64,000 nucleotides of DNA from Candidatus Marinacidobacterales bacterium (GCA_965237955.1 OZ250169.1:2560001-2624000), one strand, 5' to 3'. Shown: positions 7,515 through 18,346, counted from the stretch's first letter. Numbers and translations: made by a program. The notes: generated by a model not told the origin, from the letters alone.

Positions 7515-9989
7515 GTGCTTCGCTCGTCATTGCTCAACATTGCGCTCATCACCGCGCTTTCCGCCCTCTTCGGTGCGTCGCGTGGCCTTGCATCGTTTTT
7601 GCGGCTGTTTCTCCGTCAAGATTCGGGCGAAGCGCTTCTCCCAGCGCTCGCGCGGAACCTTGTGTTGACCGATTTGGCGTGGCCTGCGCTCGGGTGGGGT
7701 GTGCTCGGTATCGGTTGCGCGCTCGCGCTCGCCTACGTGATGAAGCGGCTTCGGGATCTCGAGCCGGAGGGATCGCTCGCGGAGTTGGAGCGGCCTTACA
7801 TCACGCTCGTGGTTCCGATCGCGATGACGTTTTTGAGCGCGCTCGCGCTCGTGGTCTCGCCGACCTTTCCCTATGGTGCGAACCTTGCCGTAAGCGTGGC
7901 TCTCGAAGGGCCGTTTCTATCGCTTCTCACCGTGATGCTGTTCGCAGTGGTGCTCGTCCACACGCTCGTATGCGTCCTCGGACCTTGGAAGCGACGTGTG
8001 CCGTGCTTCGCACTCGTGCTCGTCGCGATGATTCTCTTTACGATGGCGACGCCGTCGCGGTTTTACGAAGAGGGCGTCGGTCAAGGCAACATGTTCAAGT
8101 ACTTGCGCATGGCGGCCGCTCTCGGCGGCACGGGAACTCTCGATATCGAGCGGGCCGAGGAGAATCCCGACCCGACGATCGGTGAGTTCTTGTCTCATAT
8201 CCCGGAGTGGATCGGCAACTACGCGAGTGCGTCCGCCAATCTCTTGGCGCATCCCGATGGGGACAAGAAGGCGAGCCGCGTCAATCGCTCGATGTTCCGG
8301 AGTGTGGACGGCGGTGTGTACTACATCAACTCTCCCGGCCCCGGAGTTCTCCTCACTCCCGCGTACCTCGTGGATCGCACCGTGAATCGCTGGTTCGGCT
8401 CGAAGCGGCAAATCGCCGTCATCGTGTTCTGGCAAATGCTCGGAGCGCTTCTCGTTTACGAGATCGTCCGGTCGGTCGCCGAAATCTCCGGCCGCTCGTC
8501 GGGCATCGTCACCGCTTTCGCCATCGCACTTGCGGTACCGCTTCTGTTCTACACGTTTCAAGTCTATCCGGAGCTTCCCGGTGGCCTCGTCTTGCTCTTC
8601 GCGTTTAGAAAGCTCGTGCTCGACCCAGCGCCCACCGGCCGCGGTGTGCTGGCAGCATCGATCGCTCTCGCCGCGCTTCCGTGGCTCCATCAGAAGTACT
8701 CGATCGTCGCCGCTGTGCTCGGCGTGATCACAGCGTGGAAGCTTCTGCGCAAAACGCCGGGTGGAGTGACGCATCATCCCTATAAGATCGTTTTGCTGGC
8801 GGTGCCGCTCGCGGTGTCGGCGTATTCGATTTTCCTCTACACCCATGCGCTCACCGGGAGTCTCTCGCCCACGGCCACGTTTTCGGCCGTTGGCCGCTCG
8901 TCGTTCGAGCCCTGGAACTTCTTCAAAGGATTCTCCGGGCTCCTGCTCGACCGTGAAAACGGACTCTTGATCTTCGCGCCGATTTACGTTCTCGCCCTCG
9001 TGGGTGCGCAAGCGTTTTACCTGCGCCACCGTCGGGTGTTCACCCCGTTCGCGCTCGTGCTCGTTTCCTACGTGGTCGTGATTGCCTCGTTTCCATACTG
9101 GCCGGGTGCGATCAGCACCATGGGTCGCTACATCCTCAGCATCCTTCCCCTTCTCGCACTACCGATGGCGCTCGTCGTCCAGCGTGCATTCTCGGATGGG
9201 TGGCTCGCCGGAGTTTCGGTCGCACTACTTGCCGGAACTTTCTCGTACAGCGTCAGCTTCGCCCGCGATTTGATCCCGAGCTACGAGCCCCCTCTTTTTT
9301 GGGGGCGCGCGCTCTACAGTGACCCGATGCAATATCTCCCCAGCTTTCTGAGCGACGGGTTTCTCGGGTCGGGTCCGGCGCATTACCCGAAGTTTCTCGT
9401 TCTCGTTCTGGTCATCGCGGTGGCCGTGCTCATGCTCCGAAAACGCGTTCGCGAGGCGCCGTTCTCGGTCGAAGCGGAGTCCCGCGAGTTCCACCGGCGA
9501 GCCGCCATGGGCGCGGGCGCGCTCGTCGTCGCCGTCGTCGTTGCCGGCGCCGCCCTCGAACGTTGGCCAGGGAACGAGACCCCCAAACGCGGTCCCACGT
9601 TTGCCGAAACACACGAGCTGGCGCGCGATCGCGTGCTGTGGGCGTTCGGTGAGCACGGGTTCGAGGGCGCCGGAGTGTGGGTCCCCGGAGGGGGGACGAC
9701 GAGCTTCTTGCTGCGGTCTCCGGCGCGCCTCGACGAGCTGACGCTTCGGATCACGACCGGACACGAGGACAACACCGTCGAGTTTCGCGAGCGGGGAGAA
9801 TCGAAGCTCGCGCTCGAGCTTCCGCCGGCCGGACCCCACGCCCGCACGGTGTTGCTGCGAAACCCCTACCGCTTCGATGGACCACGGGGCGAGAGCTACC
9901 TCTACCGGTTCACGGTGCACTCCCGTGGAAGCTTCGTGCCCGCGGGCGACGATGACCGCTCGCTTGGCGCCTACGTAAGGGTTCGATGA
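7515..9989 (+). CDS. Large polytopic membrane protein, GT-C-like, with C-terminal soluble domain
   Basis: 824 aa; FYTFQVYPELPGG, LPWLHQKY, GLLLDRENGLLIFAP and MGRYIL motifs; ends DDDRSLGAYVRVR. Confidence 0.7.
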   Translation: MLRSSLLNIALITALSALFGASRGLASFLRLFLRQDSGEALLPALARNLVLTDLAWPALGWGVLGIGCALALAYVMKRLRDLEPEGSLAELERPYITLVVPIAMTFLSALALVVSPTFPYGANLAVSVALEGPFLSLLTVMLFAVVLVHTLVCVLGPWKRRVPCFALVLVAMILFTMATPSRFYEEGVGQGNMFKYLRMAAALGGTGTLDIERAEENPDPTIGEFLSHIPEWIGNYASASANLLAHPDGDKKASRVNRSMFRSVDGGVYYINSPGPGVLLTPAYLVDRTVNRWFGSKRQIAVIVFWQMLGALLVYEIVRSVAEISGRSSGIVTAFAIALAVPLLFYTFQVYPELPGGLVLLFAFRKLVLDPAPTGRGVLAASIALAALPWLHQKYSIVAAVLGVITAWKLLRKTPGGVTHHPYKIVLLAVPLAVSAYSIFLYTHALTGSLSPTATFSAVGRSSFEPWNFFKGFSGLLLDRENGLLIFAPIYVLALVGAQAFYLRHRRVFTPFALVLVSYVVVIASFPYWPGAISTMGRYILSILPLLALPMALVVQRAFSDGWLAGVSVALLAGTFSYSVSFARDLIPSYEPPLFWGRALYSDPMQYLPSFLSDGFLGSGPAHYPKFLVLVLVIAVAVLMLRKRVREAPFSVEAESREFHRRAAMGAGALVVAVVVAGAALERWPGNETPKRGPTFAETHELARDRVLWAFGEHGFEGAGVWVPGGGTTSFLLRSPARLDELTLRITTGHEDNTVEFRERGESKLALELPPAGPHARTVLLRNPYRFDGPRGESYLYRFTVHSRGSFVPAGDDDRSLGAYVRVR

Positions 9990-10429
9990 ACGAAGTCGTG
10001 ATCTACACGGATGGTTCGTGCGAGGGCAACCCGGGTCCCGGCGGGTATGCGGCGATCGTCGATGAAGATGGTGAACGGCGCGAGATCACGGGCGGCGAGC
10101 GTCACACCACGAACAACCGCATGGAGCTCATGGCCGTCATCCGCGGCCTCGCGTCGCTCGACGAGCCGTCGATCGTGCGCGTCGTCACCGACTCTCAATA
10201 CGTCGCCAAAGGCATGAAGAGCTGGATTCATGGCTGGCGTCGCAAGGGATGGAAGACCGCCTCGGGTGCTCCCGTCAAAAACCGTGACCTCTGGGAAGAG
10301 CTCGACCGGCTCGCGAGCAAGCACCAGATGAGCTGGGAGTGGGTCCGAGGTCACACCGGTCATCCCGAGAACGAACGCGCCGACGCCCTCGCCCGCGAGG
10401 CCATCAGGGACGTCTTGGATGGGGGCTAG
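9986..10429 (+). CDS. rnhA: Ribonuclease HI
   Basis: IYTDGSCEGNPGPGG, TTNNRMELMAVI, TDSQYV, WEWVRGHTGHPENERADALA. Confidence 0.97.
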   Translation: MNEVVIYTDGSCEGNPGPGGYAAIVDEDGERREITGGERHTTNNRMELMAVIRGLASLDEPSIVRVVTDSQYVAKGMKSWIHGWRRKGWKTASGAPVKNRDLWEELDRLASKHQMSWEWVRGHTGHPENERADALAREAIRDVLDGG

Positions 10430-10432
10430 AAA

Positions 10433-10572
10433 AGATCACGCAGAGGCGCAGAGAACGCAGAGAAGAGCAGGGAAAAAGACAACGCAAAGGCGCCAAGACG
10501 CAAAGACGCAAAGAAGGAATCAACGCTGAAGGCGTTTCACTCTGCGCCCTCGCGCCCTTAGCGCCTTTGCGT
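10433..10572. repeat. 8/9-mer tandem repeats: orphan CGCAGAG arm plus a complete inverted GCGCAAAG element
   Basis: ACGCAGAG GCGCAGAG AACGCAGAG; then ACGCAAAG GCGCCAAG ACGCAAAG ACGCAAAG (10482-10513), inner hairpin AACGCTGAAGGCGTT, and an inverted arm ending CTTTGCGT at 10572. Confidence 0.85.
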
Positions 10573-10575
10573 TGA

Positions 10576-10884
10576 TTCATGCCGAAGCCGGTATCACCGA
10601 CACCGGCGAGCGCCGTGGTATCCGTGAAACGACCTTCGCCGTCGTTCCGGTAGAGCGCGTTGGTCGGCGGAGCTCCGGTGTGAGTGGATCCCGGATGGGT
10701 TGCGCCGTTCACGAGGTAAATGTCGAGGTCGCCGTCGCCGTCGTAGTCGAGAAAGCCGCCGCCTGCGCCCATCGTCTCCACCATGTACTTCTCGTCGGTG
10801 GCCCGCTCTGTCGGTGCGATCGACGAAGCGGACGCCAGCCTGCGGCAGTGTCATCGACAGAAGTAGAGCGGTGAACGCTTGCAC
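10576..10884 (-). pseudogene. CRTAC1/FG-GAP-family secreted protein, 5' remnant
   Basis: Signal-like MQAFTALLLSMTL..VRFVDRTDRAG joins out of frame (~10802) to ATDEKYMVETMGAGGGFLDYDGDGDLDIYLVNG...NALYRNDGEGRFTD..AGVGDTGFGM, which stops at the repeat element. Confidence 0.85.
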
Positions 10885-10893
10885 GCCCCGAAA

Positions 10894-12849
10894 CTAACAG
10901 AAAGCAGTGGCTTTTTGCGCCAGCTCTTCCCACTCCTTGTACAAGGACTTGATCTTTGCCTTCAGCTCTTCGTGGGTCTTCACGACCTGGTTCGCCGCTT
11001 CAGCATCGTCGTAGAAACCGGGAACCGCCATCCGACCTTCGAGGCTGTCGACTCCGATTTCGGTCTCGGAGATGGCGAGCTCGATCTCTTCGAGCCGTTC
11101 TTGGATCTCTCGCGCCTGGTTCTTCGAGAACTTTTTGCCTTTGGCATTGGGCTTCGGGTCTGACGCGCGCTTGGGCTTCGATGGCTTGGGCGTTGTCACC
11201 TCGACGTCGACGGTAGCTACGTCGGCCTCCCTGTCTAGCTTGTCCGGCACGACTTCTTTGGAGCGCATAAAGTCGGGATAGCCGCCCCAGTGAACATGGA
11301 CTTCCCCGTCCGCGATCTCGGTCACCTTCGTAGAAAGCTCATCCAGAAAGTAGCGGTCGTGCGAGACGAAGACCAGCGTTCCCTTGTAGGCCTTAAGAGC
11401 ATCGAGGAGGATGTCCTTCGAGTCGAGATCGAGATGGTTCGTTGGCTCGTCGAGGAGGAGAACGTTCGCCGGGCGTAACAGCATGCGCGCGAGCGCGAGC
11501 CGACTCATCTCGCCGCCGGAAAGCACTTTGACTTTCTTGTCCACGTCGTCGCCGTGAAAGAGAAATGCACCGAGAAGACTCCGGAGTCGCGGGACCATCT
11601 CAATAGGTGCACCATCGGTCATGTTGTCGAGCACGGTCCGCTCTTCGTCGAGATCGTAGCGCTCCTGGCTGAAGTAGCTGGTCTTGACGTTGTGTCCGAG
11701 CTTGAGCTTACCGTCGTGGGGAGCTTCAGCGCCTGCTAGCAACCGCATGAGCGTCGACTTGCCGACGCCGTTCGGTCCTACGAGAGCCATCCGCTCGCCT
11801 CTCTCAATGAGGAGGTTCGAGCCTTTGAAAACGTGATTGTCGCCGTAGCTCTTGTGAACCTTTTCGAGCTCGAGAACGACGCGGCCCGATCGTTCGACTT
11901 CCGGCAAGCGCAGCCGCAGGAGCTTGCGCTCGGGCGGCACTTCGATCTTCTGCATCTTCTCGAGCATCTTCACCCGGCTTTGCACCTGTTTGGCCTTGGT
12001 CGCTTTGTATCGAAACTTCTCGATGAAGCGCCGGGTGCGGTCGATCTCTTCTTGTTGCCGTGACGCTTTGGCGCGGAGCTCGGCAAGCGCATTCTCGCGC
12101 GTTTCGAGATAGGTGCTGTAGTTACCGGTGTAGTCGACGAGTTTCCGGCGATCGATCTCGGCGATACGAGTGACGACTCGATCGAGAAAATAACGATCGT
12201 GCGAGACGAGAATGATGGTGTGCGGGTAGTTCGCGAGGAAGTCCTCGAGCCAGTTCCGCGCCTCGAGATCGAGGTGGTTCGTCGGCTCGTCCATCAGGAG
12301 CAAGTTCGGTTGCGTCAGCAAGAGTTTCGCGAGGGCGATCCGCATCTGCCAGCCGCCGCTGAAGCTCTCCGTCGGCGCATCGAGGTCTTTTTGCTTGAAG
12401 CCGAGCCCCAAGAGGACTTCTTCCACCTGGCTTTCGATGGTGAAGCCGTCACGACGATCCCACTCGTCACGGCACTCGCCGTAGCGCTCGAGCACTTTCT
12501 GGTGCTCTGCGCTCTCGGGCTCGAAGGCGCTCATCTGCTCTTCGAGCGTCTTTAACTCCTCACCGATGGCGAGCACTTTTTCGAATGCCCGAAGCGTTTC
12601 TTCCCGGAGCGATTTGCCGCTGTGGGTGAGCCCGTCTTGAGGGAGGTAGCCCACCGTGGTCCCCCGGGGCATCGTCACTTTGCCGGCGTCCGGGGATTGC
12701 TTTCGTGTCAACATGCGCAGGAGGGTCGTCTTGCCGGAGCCATTCGGGCCGGCGAGTCCCACGCGATCGCCATCGTTCACGTTCCAGGTGACATCCTCGA
12801 ACAGAACGCGGCCTGCGAATCCTTTGGTAACGCCGTTGATTTGAAGCAT
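10894..12849 (-). CDS. ABC-F family ribosome-associated ATPase (Uup/YheS-like)
   Basis: Two NBDs (GPNGSGKT/FSGGW/DEPTNHLD and GPNGVGKS/LSGGE/DEPTNHLD), no TM segments, C-terminal coiled coil. Confidence 0.93.
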   Translation of the reverse strand: MLQINGVTKGFAGRVLFEDVTWNVNDGDRVGLAGPNGSGKTTLLRMLTRKQSPDAGKVTMPRGTTVGYLPQDGLTHSGKSLREETLRAFEKVLAIGEELKTLEEQMSAFEPESAEHQKVLERYGECRDEWDRRDGFTIESQVEEVLLGLGFKQKDLDAPTESFSGGWQMRIALAKLLLTQPNLLLMDEPTNHLDLEARNWLEDFLANYPHTIILVSHDRYFLDRVVTRIAEIDRRKLVDYTGNYSTYLETRENALAELRAKASRQQEEIDRTRRFIEKFRYKATKAKQVQSRVKMLEKMQKIEVPPERKLLRLRLPEVERSGRVVLELEKVHKSYGDNHVFKGSNLLIERGERMALVGPNGVGKSTLMRLLAGAEAPHDGKLKLGHNVKTSYFSQERYDLDEERTVLDNMTDGAPIEMVPRLRSLLGAFLFHGDDVDKKVKVLSGGEMSRLALARMLLRPANVLLLDEPTNHLDLDSKDILLDALKAYKGTLVFVSHDRYFLDELSTKVTEIADGEVHVHWGGYPDFMRSKEVVPDKLDREADVATVDVEVTTPKPSKPKRASDPKPNAKGKKFSKNQAREIQERLEEIELAISETEIGVDSLEGRMAVPGFYDDAEAANQVVKTHEELKAKIKSLYKEWEELAQKATAFC

Positions 12850-12928
12850 GGGCAATAAAAAACCCAGCTCTCGCGAGCCGGGGTCCAATGAAAATATAAT
12901 AGCCCGATCGGAGAGTCAGAAGCCAATC

Positions 12929-15900
12929 ATGAGTCGGTCCGCGCAAGTGGTTATAATCGTGTTGTTTATGGCTGGTTCGGTGCCCGGTCTGAAGGGGAGC
13001 CAGTCGGAGCGAGCGAGTGCGCATGCGAATCGCGGCGTCGCCCTGCTCGAGCAATACCGCTTCGCCGATGCCGCCGAGGCGTTCGAGGCGTTCGTTCAGC
13101 TCGTACCTGAGGACGCTTCCGGCCACATCAATCTCGGCATCGCCTATTTCAACGAGCGTGACTTCGATCGGGCACGCGCGTCCCTCGAGCGTGCGTTCGA
13201 GCTCGCCCCGGACGACGCGTACGTTCACTACAACCTCGGTCTCGTCCACAAGCTGCAAGGCGACACTGAGCTTGCGGTCGAAGCGTTTGAGCGCGTCGCT
13301 CGGATCGACCCGCTCGATTCGATGACCCATTACTATCTCGGAACCCTGTACGCTGCGCTCAGGCGGCTGGAGGATGCGGAGGCAAGCTTCCGGCATACCA
13401 TCGAGCTTCAGCCTATTAACGAGTCGGCGCATTTCAGTCTTGGGAACGTCCTCATCCGTCAAGGGAGGCGGGACGAGGGCCGAGCCGAGCTCATGGCGTT
13501 CCAGGAGCTCAAGCGGACCTTTCCCGGTGAAGGGGCATCGGCCGGCCTTCAGTACACCGAGCTCGGAAAGTACGCCGAGGCGGTTGAGCGAGGGACCGAG
13601 CTACTTCAGCCTCTCTTCCGAGAGCGCACTGAGAATGCCGCGAGCATCAGCTTCATTGAAGCGAGTGAAGAATCCGGTCTCGGTCTTCCGGCCCTCGAGC
13701 CACTTCAGCCTCTACCCGATCGCATCGACGCGTCCGCGTACGACGGGTTGTGGATACGAGAGGTCGCCCTGCCGCCACTCGGTAGCGGGCTCGCGTTCCG
13801 CGATGTGAACGGAGACGACACACCGGATCTTCTGTTCGTCCGCGACGGCGCACCGATCGTCTTCGCGAACCGCGGCGGCCGCTTCGAAAAACTTGTCCCG
13901 GCGGATACCGGCCTCCCTGCCGAAGGGAACTTCATCGGCGTCGTCGTAGGCGACGTCGACAACGACTTGGACGGCGATGTCTACCTTACCGGCGCAGGGC
14001 CGAACGCGCTGTTCGTGAACGACGGCGCGGGTCATTTCACAGAATCTTCGGACGAGACCGTCCGCGGTGACGATATCTCGGTAAGCGCGAGCTTTGCCGA
14101 CTTCGACCACGATGGGGATCTCGATCTGTATGTCGCGAATTTTCTCGATCGCGAGGCGCCCGCCGGCAAGAGCGTGCTCGAGCTCCCGGACGATTTGCCG
14201 GGCTCAACCAACCGCCTTTACCGCAACAACGGCGACGGTTCGTTTACCGATGTTGCGGATGACACCCGGACGGGCGGCGGCAGTGCGCGGAGTCTCGGGG
14301 CAATGTTCTCGGATCTCGACGACGACCGCGACATCGACTTCGTCGTGATCAACGACGGCGAGCCCGCACGCGTGTTCTCGAACGATCGCGTCGGTACGTT
14401 CAGCGATCAGACGCGCGCGTTCGGTCTCGAGACCGGGCTCCGTATGCGGGGGATAGATTCCGCCGACTTCGATCGCGATCGCAGCTTCGATGTGTTTCTA
14501 ACCGCGACCGGCACGGCGTTGAACAGCCTCATGCGCGGTCCCGCCGCCGACGGCTTTCATCCCGACGTGTTGTCGCCGGGCCTTCTTGCGGCAGGGGTTC
14601 CGGGGGCGCGCTACGGCGCAAGCTTTCTTGATGCCGACAACGACACCGACCTCGACCTGCTGTTGGTGGTGAACGAACCCGAGGTGATTGCCGCGTACTA
14701 CGAGAACACGCCGTCGGGTTTCGTGCGCGCGGAGGCGCTTGCCGCCACGGTCTCCGGTGAAGGTCGCGCGCTCGCGCTTGCGGACGTCGATGCCGACGGC
14801 GACCTCGATGCTGTCGTCGCTACCAATCGGGGCGAGCTCGTCTACTTTCGAAACGAGGGAGGGAACGAGCGCGGATACGTGGCGGTTCGTGCTCAGGGAC
14901 TTCGCAGCAACTTCGACGGGCTCGGCGCGAAGGTCGAATTGAAAGCGGGCGCGGCGAGTACCCGGCGCGAAGTGCGCTCGTCGAGTGGCTATTTTTCTCA
15001 GAACGATCTCCCGCTTCATTTCGGCCTGGGGGACAACGCGGCAGCCGACTATGTTCGCTTCCTCTGGCCCGGAGGGGTGAAGCAAATCGAGATGGACGTC
15101 GAAGGAGGGCGCACCGCGCGTATCGAGGAGTTGAATCGTAAGGGAACGTCTTGTCCCATCCTCTACGCCTGGGACGGCGAGAAGATTCGGTTCGTGACCG
15201 ATTTTCTCGGCGGCAGTGCCTACGGCTACCTTCATGCGCCGGGAACCTACAACTACCCCGACACCGACGAGACGGTGAAGATGGAAGCGTTTCCCCTCGT
15301 CGCGAAAAACGGTCTTTTCGAGATGCGCTGGGTCAATCAACTCGAGGAGATCATTATTTACGACCAAGCCGCGCTCCTGGTTGTGGATCACCCGGCGGAC
15401 GTCGAGGTGTTTCCGAACGAGCGGTTGATGCCCGGACCGCCGTATCCGGAGCGAGAGCTGTACGCGGTCCAATCCTCGCGCCCGCCGGTGCGCGCGAGAG
15501 ATCACCACGGCGTGGACGTCACCGAGCTCGTTCGCACGAAAGATCGGCGTTATCCGGACGCATTCGAGCTCCTGCCGTTCAAAGGCTATGCCGAGACGCA
15601 CTCGTTGACGATGGACCTGGGCGCGATCGAGGAAGGTGAGAACTACTTGCTCTTGCTCTACGGCTGGGTCGACTATGCCGACTCGAGCTCGAACCTGGCC
15701 GCGTCTCAAGCCGGCGTCGAGCTAAAGACGCCTTATCTCGAAGTCGGGGATGCGAGCGGGCGTTTCGAGATGGGTTTGTCGCAAATGGGGTTTCCCGCCG
15801 GGCTTCCGAAAACGATGCTCGTCGATCTCTCCGGCCTTGTGAGTCCTGACAAGAATCGAGTCCGCATCACCACGAGCATGCGGCTTTATTGGGACCAGAT

Positions 15901-16420
15901 CCTGATCGCGCGACGCGTATCGAATGACGACCTTCGGGTCACCGAGCTTGCGCCTAGCGAGGCCGAGCTCCGGTTCACCGGCTACCCCGCGCCCTACAAT
16001 CCCGACCACCGTCAACCGTCGCTTTACACGTACGACACGATCGCGAAGACGGATCTGTGGGGGGCTCACGAGGGCTACTACACGCGTTACGGCGATGTCC
16101 GCCCGCTGGTGGAAACCGTCGACGATAGCTATGTCATTACCCACCATGGCGACGAGCTCCGGCTCACGTTCGAGGAGGCGTCGCTTCCCCCGCTGGGCGT
16201 TGGTCGACGCCGAAGTTTCATGGCCATCGCCGACGGTTTCGGCAAAGACATGGACTTGAGCTCGGCGCGCCCTCACTTCGTGGACCCACTGCCGTTTCAC
16301 GACATGACCGCGTACCCCTATCCCGACGACGAAGTGTTTCCGGCGTCGACCATGCACCGCCGCTACAACACACGTTATGTCGGTTCCGATCCTACCCGCG
16401 GTGCCAACGAAAGAGAATGA
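12929..16420 (+). CDS. Secreted TPR + FG-GAP repeat + ASPIC/UnbV (CRTAC1-like) protein
   Basis: Signal peptide, TPR repeats, many DxDxDGDxD motifs, SGYFSQNDLPLHFGLG...WPGG, SCPILYAWDG C-terminal extension. Confidence 0.88.
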   Translation: MSRSAQVVIIVLFMAGSVPGLKGSQSERASAHANRGVALLEQYRFADAAEAFEAFVQLVPEDASGHINLGIAYFNERDFDRARASLERAFELAPDDAYVHYNLGLVHKLQGDTELAVEAFERVARIDPLDSMTHYYLGTLYAALRRLEDAEASFRHTIELQPINESAHFSLGNVLIRQGRRDEGRAELMAFQELKRTFPGEGASAGLQYTELGKYAEAVERGTELLQPLFRERTENAASISFIEASEESGLGLPALEPLQPLPDRIDASAYDGLWIREVALPPLGSGLAFRDVNGDDTPDLLFVRDGAPIVFANRGGRFEKLVPADTGLPAEGNFIGVVVGDVDNDLDGDVYLTGAGPNALFVNDGAGHFTESSDETVRGDDISVSASFADFDHDGDLDLYVANFLDREAPAGKSVLELPDDLPGSTNRLYRNNGDGSFTDVADDTRTGGGSARSLGAMFSDLDDDRDIDFVVINDGEPARVFSNDRVGTFSDQTRAFGLETGLRMRGIDSADFDRDRSFDVFLTATGTALNSLMRGPAADGFHPDVLSPGLLAAGVPGARYGASFLDADNDTDLDLLLVVNEPEVIAAYYENTPSGFVRAEALAATVSGEGRALALADVDADGDLDAVVATNRGELVYFRNEGGNERGYVAVRAQGLRSNFDGLGAKVELKAGAASTRREVRSSSGYFSQNDLPLHFGLGDNAAADYVRFLWPGGVKQIEMDVEGGRTARIEELNRKGTSCPILYAWDGEKIRFVTDFLGGSAYGYLHAPGTYNYPDTDETVKMEAFPLVAKNGLFEMRWVNQLEEIIIYDQAALLVVDHPADVEVFPNERLMPGPPYPERELYAVQSSRPPVRARDHHGVDVTELVRTKDRRYPDAFELLPFKGYAETHSLTMDLGAIEEGENYLLLLYGWVDYADSSSNLAASQAGVELKTPYLEVGDASGRFEMGLSQMGFPAGLPKTMLVDLSGLVSPDKNRVRITTSMRLYWDQILIARRVSNDDLRVTELAPSEAELRFTGYPAPYNPDHRQPSLYTYDTIAKTDLWGAHEGYYTRYGDVRPLVETVDDSYVITHHGDELRLTFEEASLPPLGVGRRRSFMAIADGFGKDMDLSSARPHFVDPLPFHDMTAYPYPDDEVFPASTMHRRYNTRYVGSDPTRGANERE

Positions 16421-18183
16421 GCAGGCTCCTCGCCGGTTCCGTTGTGTTGGCGTTCGCGAGCGCGTGTAACACTCCCGAGGCAACCGACCCGCTCGACCTC
16501 ATGGATGCGACGTACGTCGTGTTCGCTCCCGTCGACGAGCAAGAGGTCCCGACTCGTATCCGGCTCGATGGCGACACCCGTCGCGCGCTCGCGGCGTCAC
16601 TACCTGCCGAGTTCCGCTACCGCATCCAAGTTCCCGAACGAGCACTTCTTACGTTCACGGTCGCGATCATCACCGCGCCAGGCGCGGAGCGCGGCGACCC
16701 GCTACCTTCAGATCGCGTGCGCTTTGCGATACGAGCTGGGCGAGCCGGCGAGAGCTCCGCGAGCGAGCTTTTGTTCGAGCGCGAGATCCACGTAGCACGT
16801 CGGGGTCAGTGGATCGAGCAGGAGGTCGACCTGCGCGCGCTAAGTGGTAAGGAAATCTGGCTCGTGTTCCAGACGTCTTTTCCCGGGGCGCCGGAGGGTG
16901 AGGCGCTCCCGGTGGTCGGTATTTTCGGTGAGCCGGTATTGCACGATCGCGCTCGCTATCGCCGGGGACGCGGCGTCTTGGTCGTATCCATCGATACCTT
17001 GCGCCGCGACCACGTGAGCCTCTACGGCTACCCACGGCGCACGACGCCCGGGCTCGAGGCACTAGCGAGTGAAAGTGTGGTCTTCGACGATGCGGTGAGT
17101 ACATCGTCGTGGACGCTTCCGGCTCACGCGTCGCTTCTGACGTCCACGTATCCCAGTGTGCACGGGGCGGTGAACTTGAACGTCGGGCTGTCGCCGGCGT
17201 GGCCGAGTGTGGCGACACTTCTGCAGGAGGCGGAGTTCACGACCCAAGCGTTGGTGACCCACGTCTATCTGCCCGAGACTCGCGCGGAGGAAGTGACGAA
17301 CCGAGCGATTCGATTCCTGAGAGCCATGGGCGATCGTGAGTTTTTTCTGTTCGTGCATTACTACGATCCGCACTGGCACTACGATCCTCCCGCCCCCTAC
17401 GATGAAACGTTCGATCCTTCCTACGACGGGGACGCTTCCGGTGTGTGGTGGGATTTCAAGGAGCACGACCGCGACAGCATCGACCCCCGAGACCTTCACC
17501 ATATCGAAGCGCTCTACGACGGGGAGATTCTCTACACCGACCGTCACGTCGAGCGGCTCATGCGTTCGATGAAGGAGCTCGACATTTTCGACAAGGTGCT
17601 CATCGTGGTGACGTCGGATCACGGCGAAGAGTTTCTGGAGCACGGAAGCTGGGAGCATCAGAAGACGCTCTATGAAGAGCAGCTGCGCGTCCCTCTGATC
17701 ATCAAGTTCCCCGGAGGCGAGGGCGCGGGACGTCGGGTGAAAGAGCAGGTGTCGCTTCTCGACGTCGCGCCGACGATCGCCGACGTGATGGAGCTTCCAG
17801 TGCCGGCTTCGTTCCGCGGCGTCAGTTTGCGAGGCGAGCTGGTCGAGAACAGGGAGCTCTGGTCCGAGACGGAACACACCATCGATGGTACGCACAAGCT
17901 GTCCCTTCGTCGCGGTGCGAGCTCGGGCAAAGCGATCTTCAGGGTAGGTGGCGACGACGACGGCGAGGTCGATGTCCTCAATGTCGAGTTGTTCGATCTT
18001 GGGGAAGACCCGAGTGAGCTCGAGGCTCTCACCGACGACGAGATGAGGCAGCGAGTCGAAGAACGACTCCGCGACTACCTCGCTAGTGTCGCGGCCGCAC
18101 GCGAAGGAATAGCCGAGACCCCGAACGTCGACCTGGATCCGCAAGAACGCGAACGCTTACGCACTCTCGGCTACATCCAATAA
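16417..18183 (+). CDS. Sulfatase-like (alkaline phosphatase superfamily) probable lipoprotein
   Basis: Lipobox-like ASAC, SIDTLRRDH, SSWTLPAHASLLT, HYYDPH, TSDHGEEF, RLRTLGYI; probable short in-frame deletion near 17268. Confidence 0.85.
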   Translation: MSRLLAGSVVLAFASACNTPEATDPLDLMDATYVVFAPVDEQEVPTRIRLDGDTRRALAASLPAEFRYRIQVPERALLTFTVAIITAPGAERGDPLPSDRVRFAIRAGRAGESSASELLFEREIHVARRGQWIEQEVDLRALSGKEIWLVFQTSFPGAPEGEALPVVGIFGEPVLHDRARYRRGRGVLVVSIDTLRRDHVSLYGYPRRTTPGLEALASESVVFDDAVSTSSWTLPAHASLLTSTYPSVHGAVNLNVGLSPAWPSVATLLQEAEFTTQALVTHVYLPETRAEEVTNRAIRFLRAMGDREFFLFVHYYDPHWHYDPPAPYDETFDPSYDGDASGVWWDFKEHDRDSIDPRDLHHIEALYDGEILYTDRHVERLMRSMKELDIFDKVLIVVTSDHGEEFLEHGSWEHQKTLYEEQLRVPLIIKFPGGEGAGRRVKEQVSLLDVAPTIADVMELPVPASFRGVSLRGELVENRELWSETEHTIDGTHKLSLRRGASSGKAIFRVGGDDDGEVDVLNVELFDLGEDPSELEALTDDEMRQRVEERLRDYLASVAAAREGIAETPNVDLDPQERERLRTLGYIQ

Positions 18184-18235
18184 GAGAAAAAGATCACCGC
18201 AGAGGTTGCGCCTCTGCGGTGATCTTTTTTTTCTT
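18182..18235. terminator. Intrinsic terminator-like hairpin built on the CCGCAGAG repeat unit
   Basis: AAAAAGATCACCGCAGAGG-TTGCG-CCTCTGCGGTGATCTTTTTTTT directly after the sulfatase stop. Confidence 0.8.
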
Positions 18236-18346
18236 GTTTTTTGCTTCAGTTTGGTATTCTGTAGGTAAGGACGGTGTCGGCTTTAACACCGGGTACCGCC
18301 GGGAACACGTGTTGAACTGCCATAACTGCCTTTATTGGACGACTGG

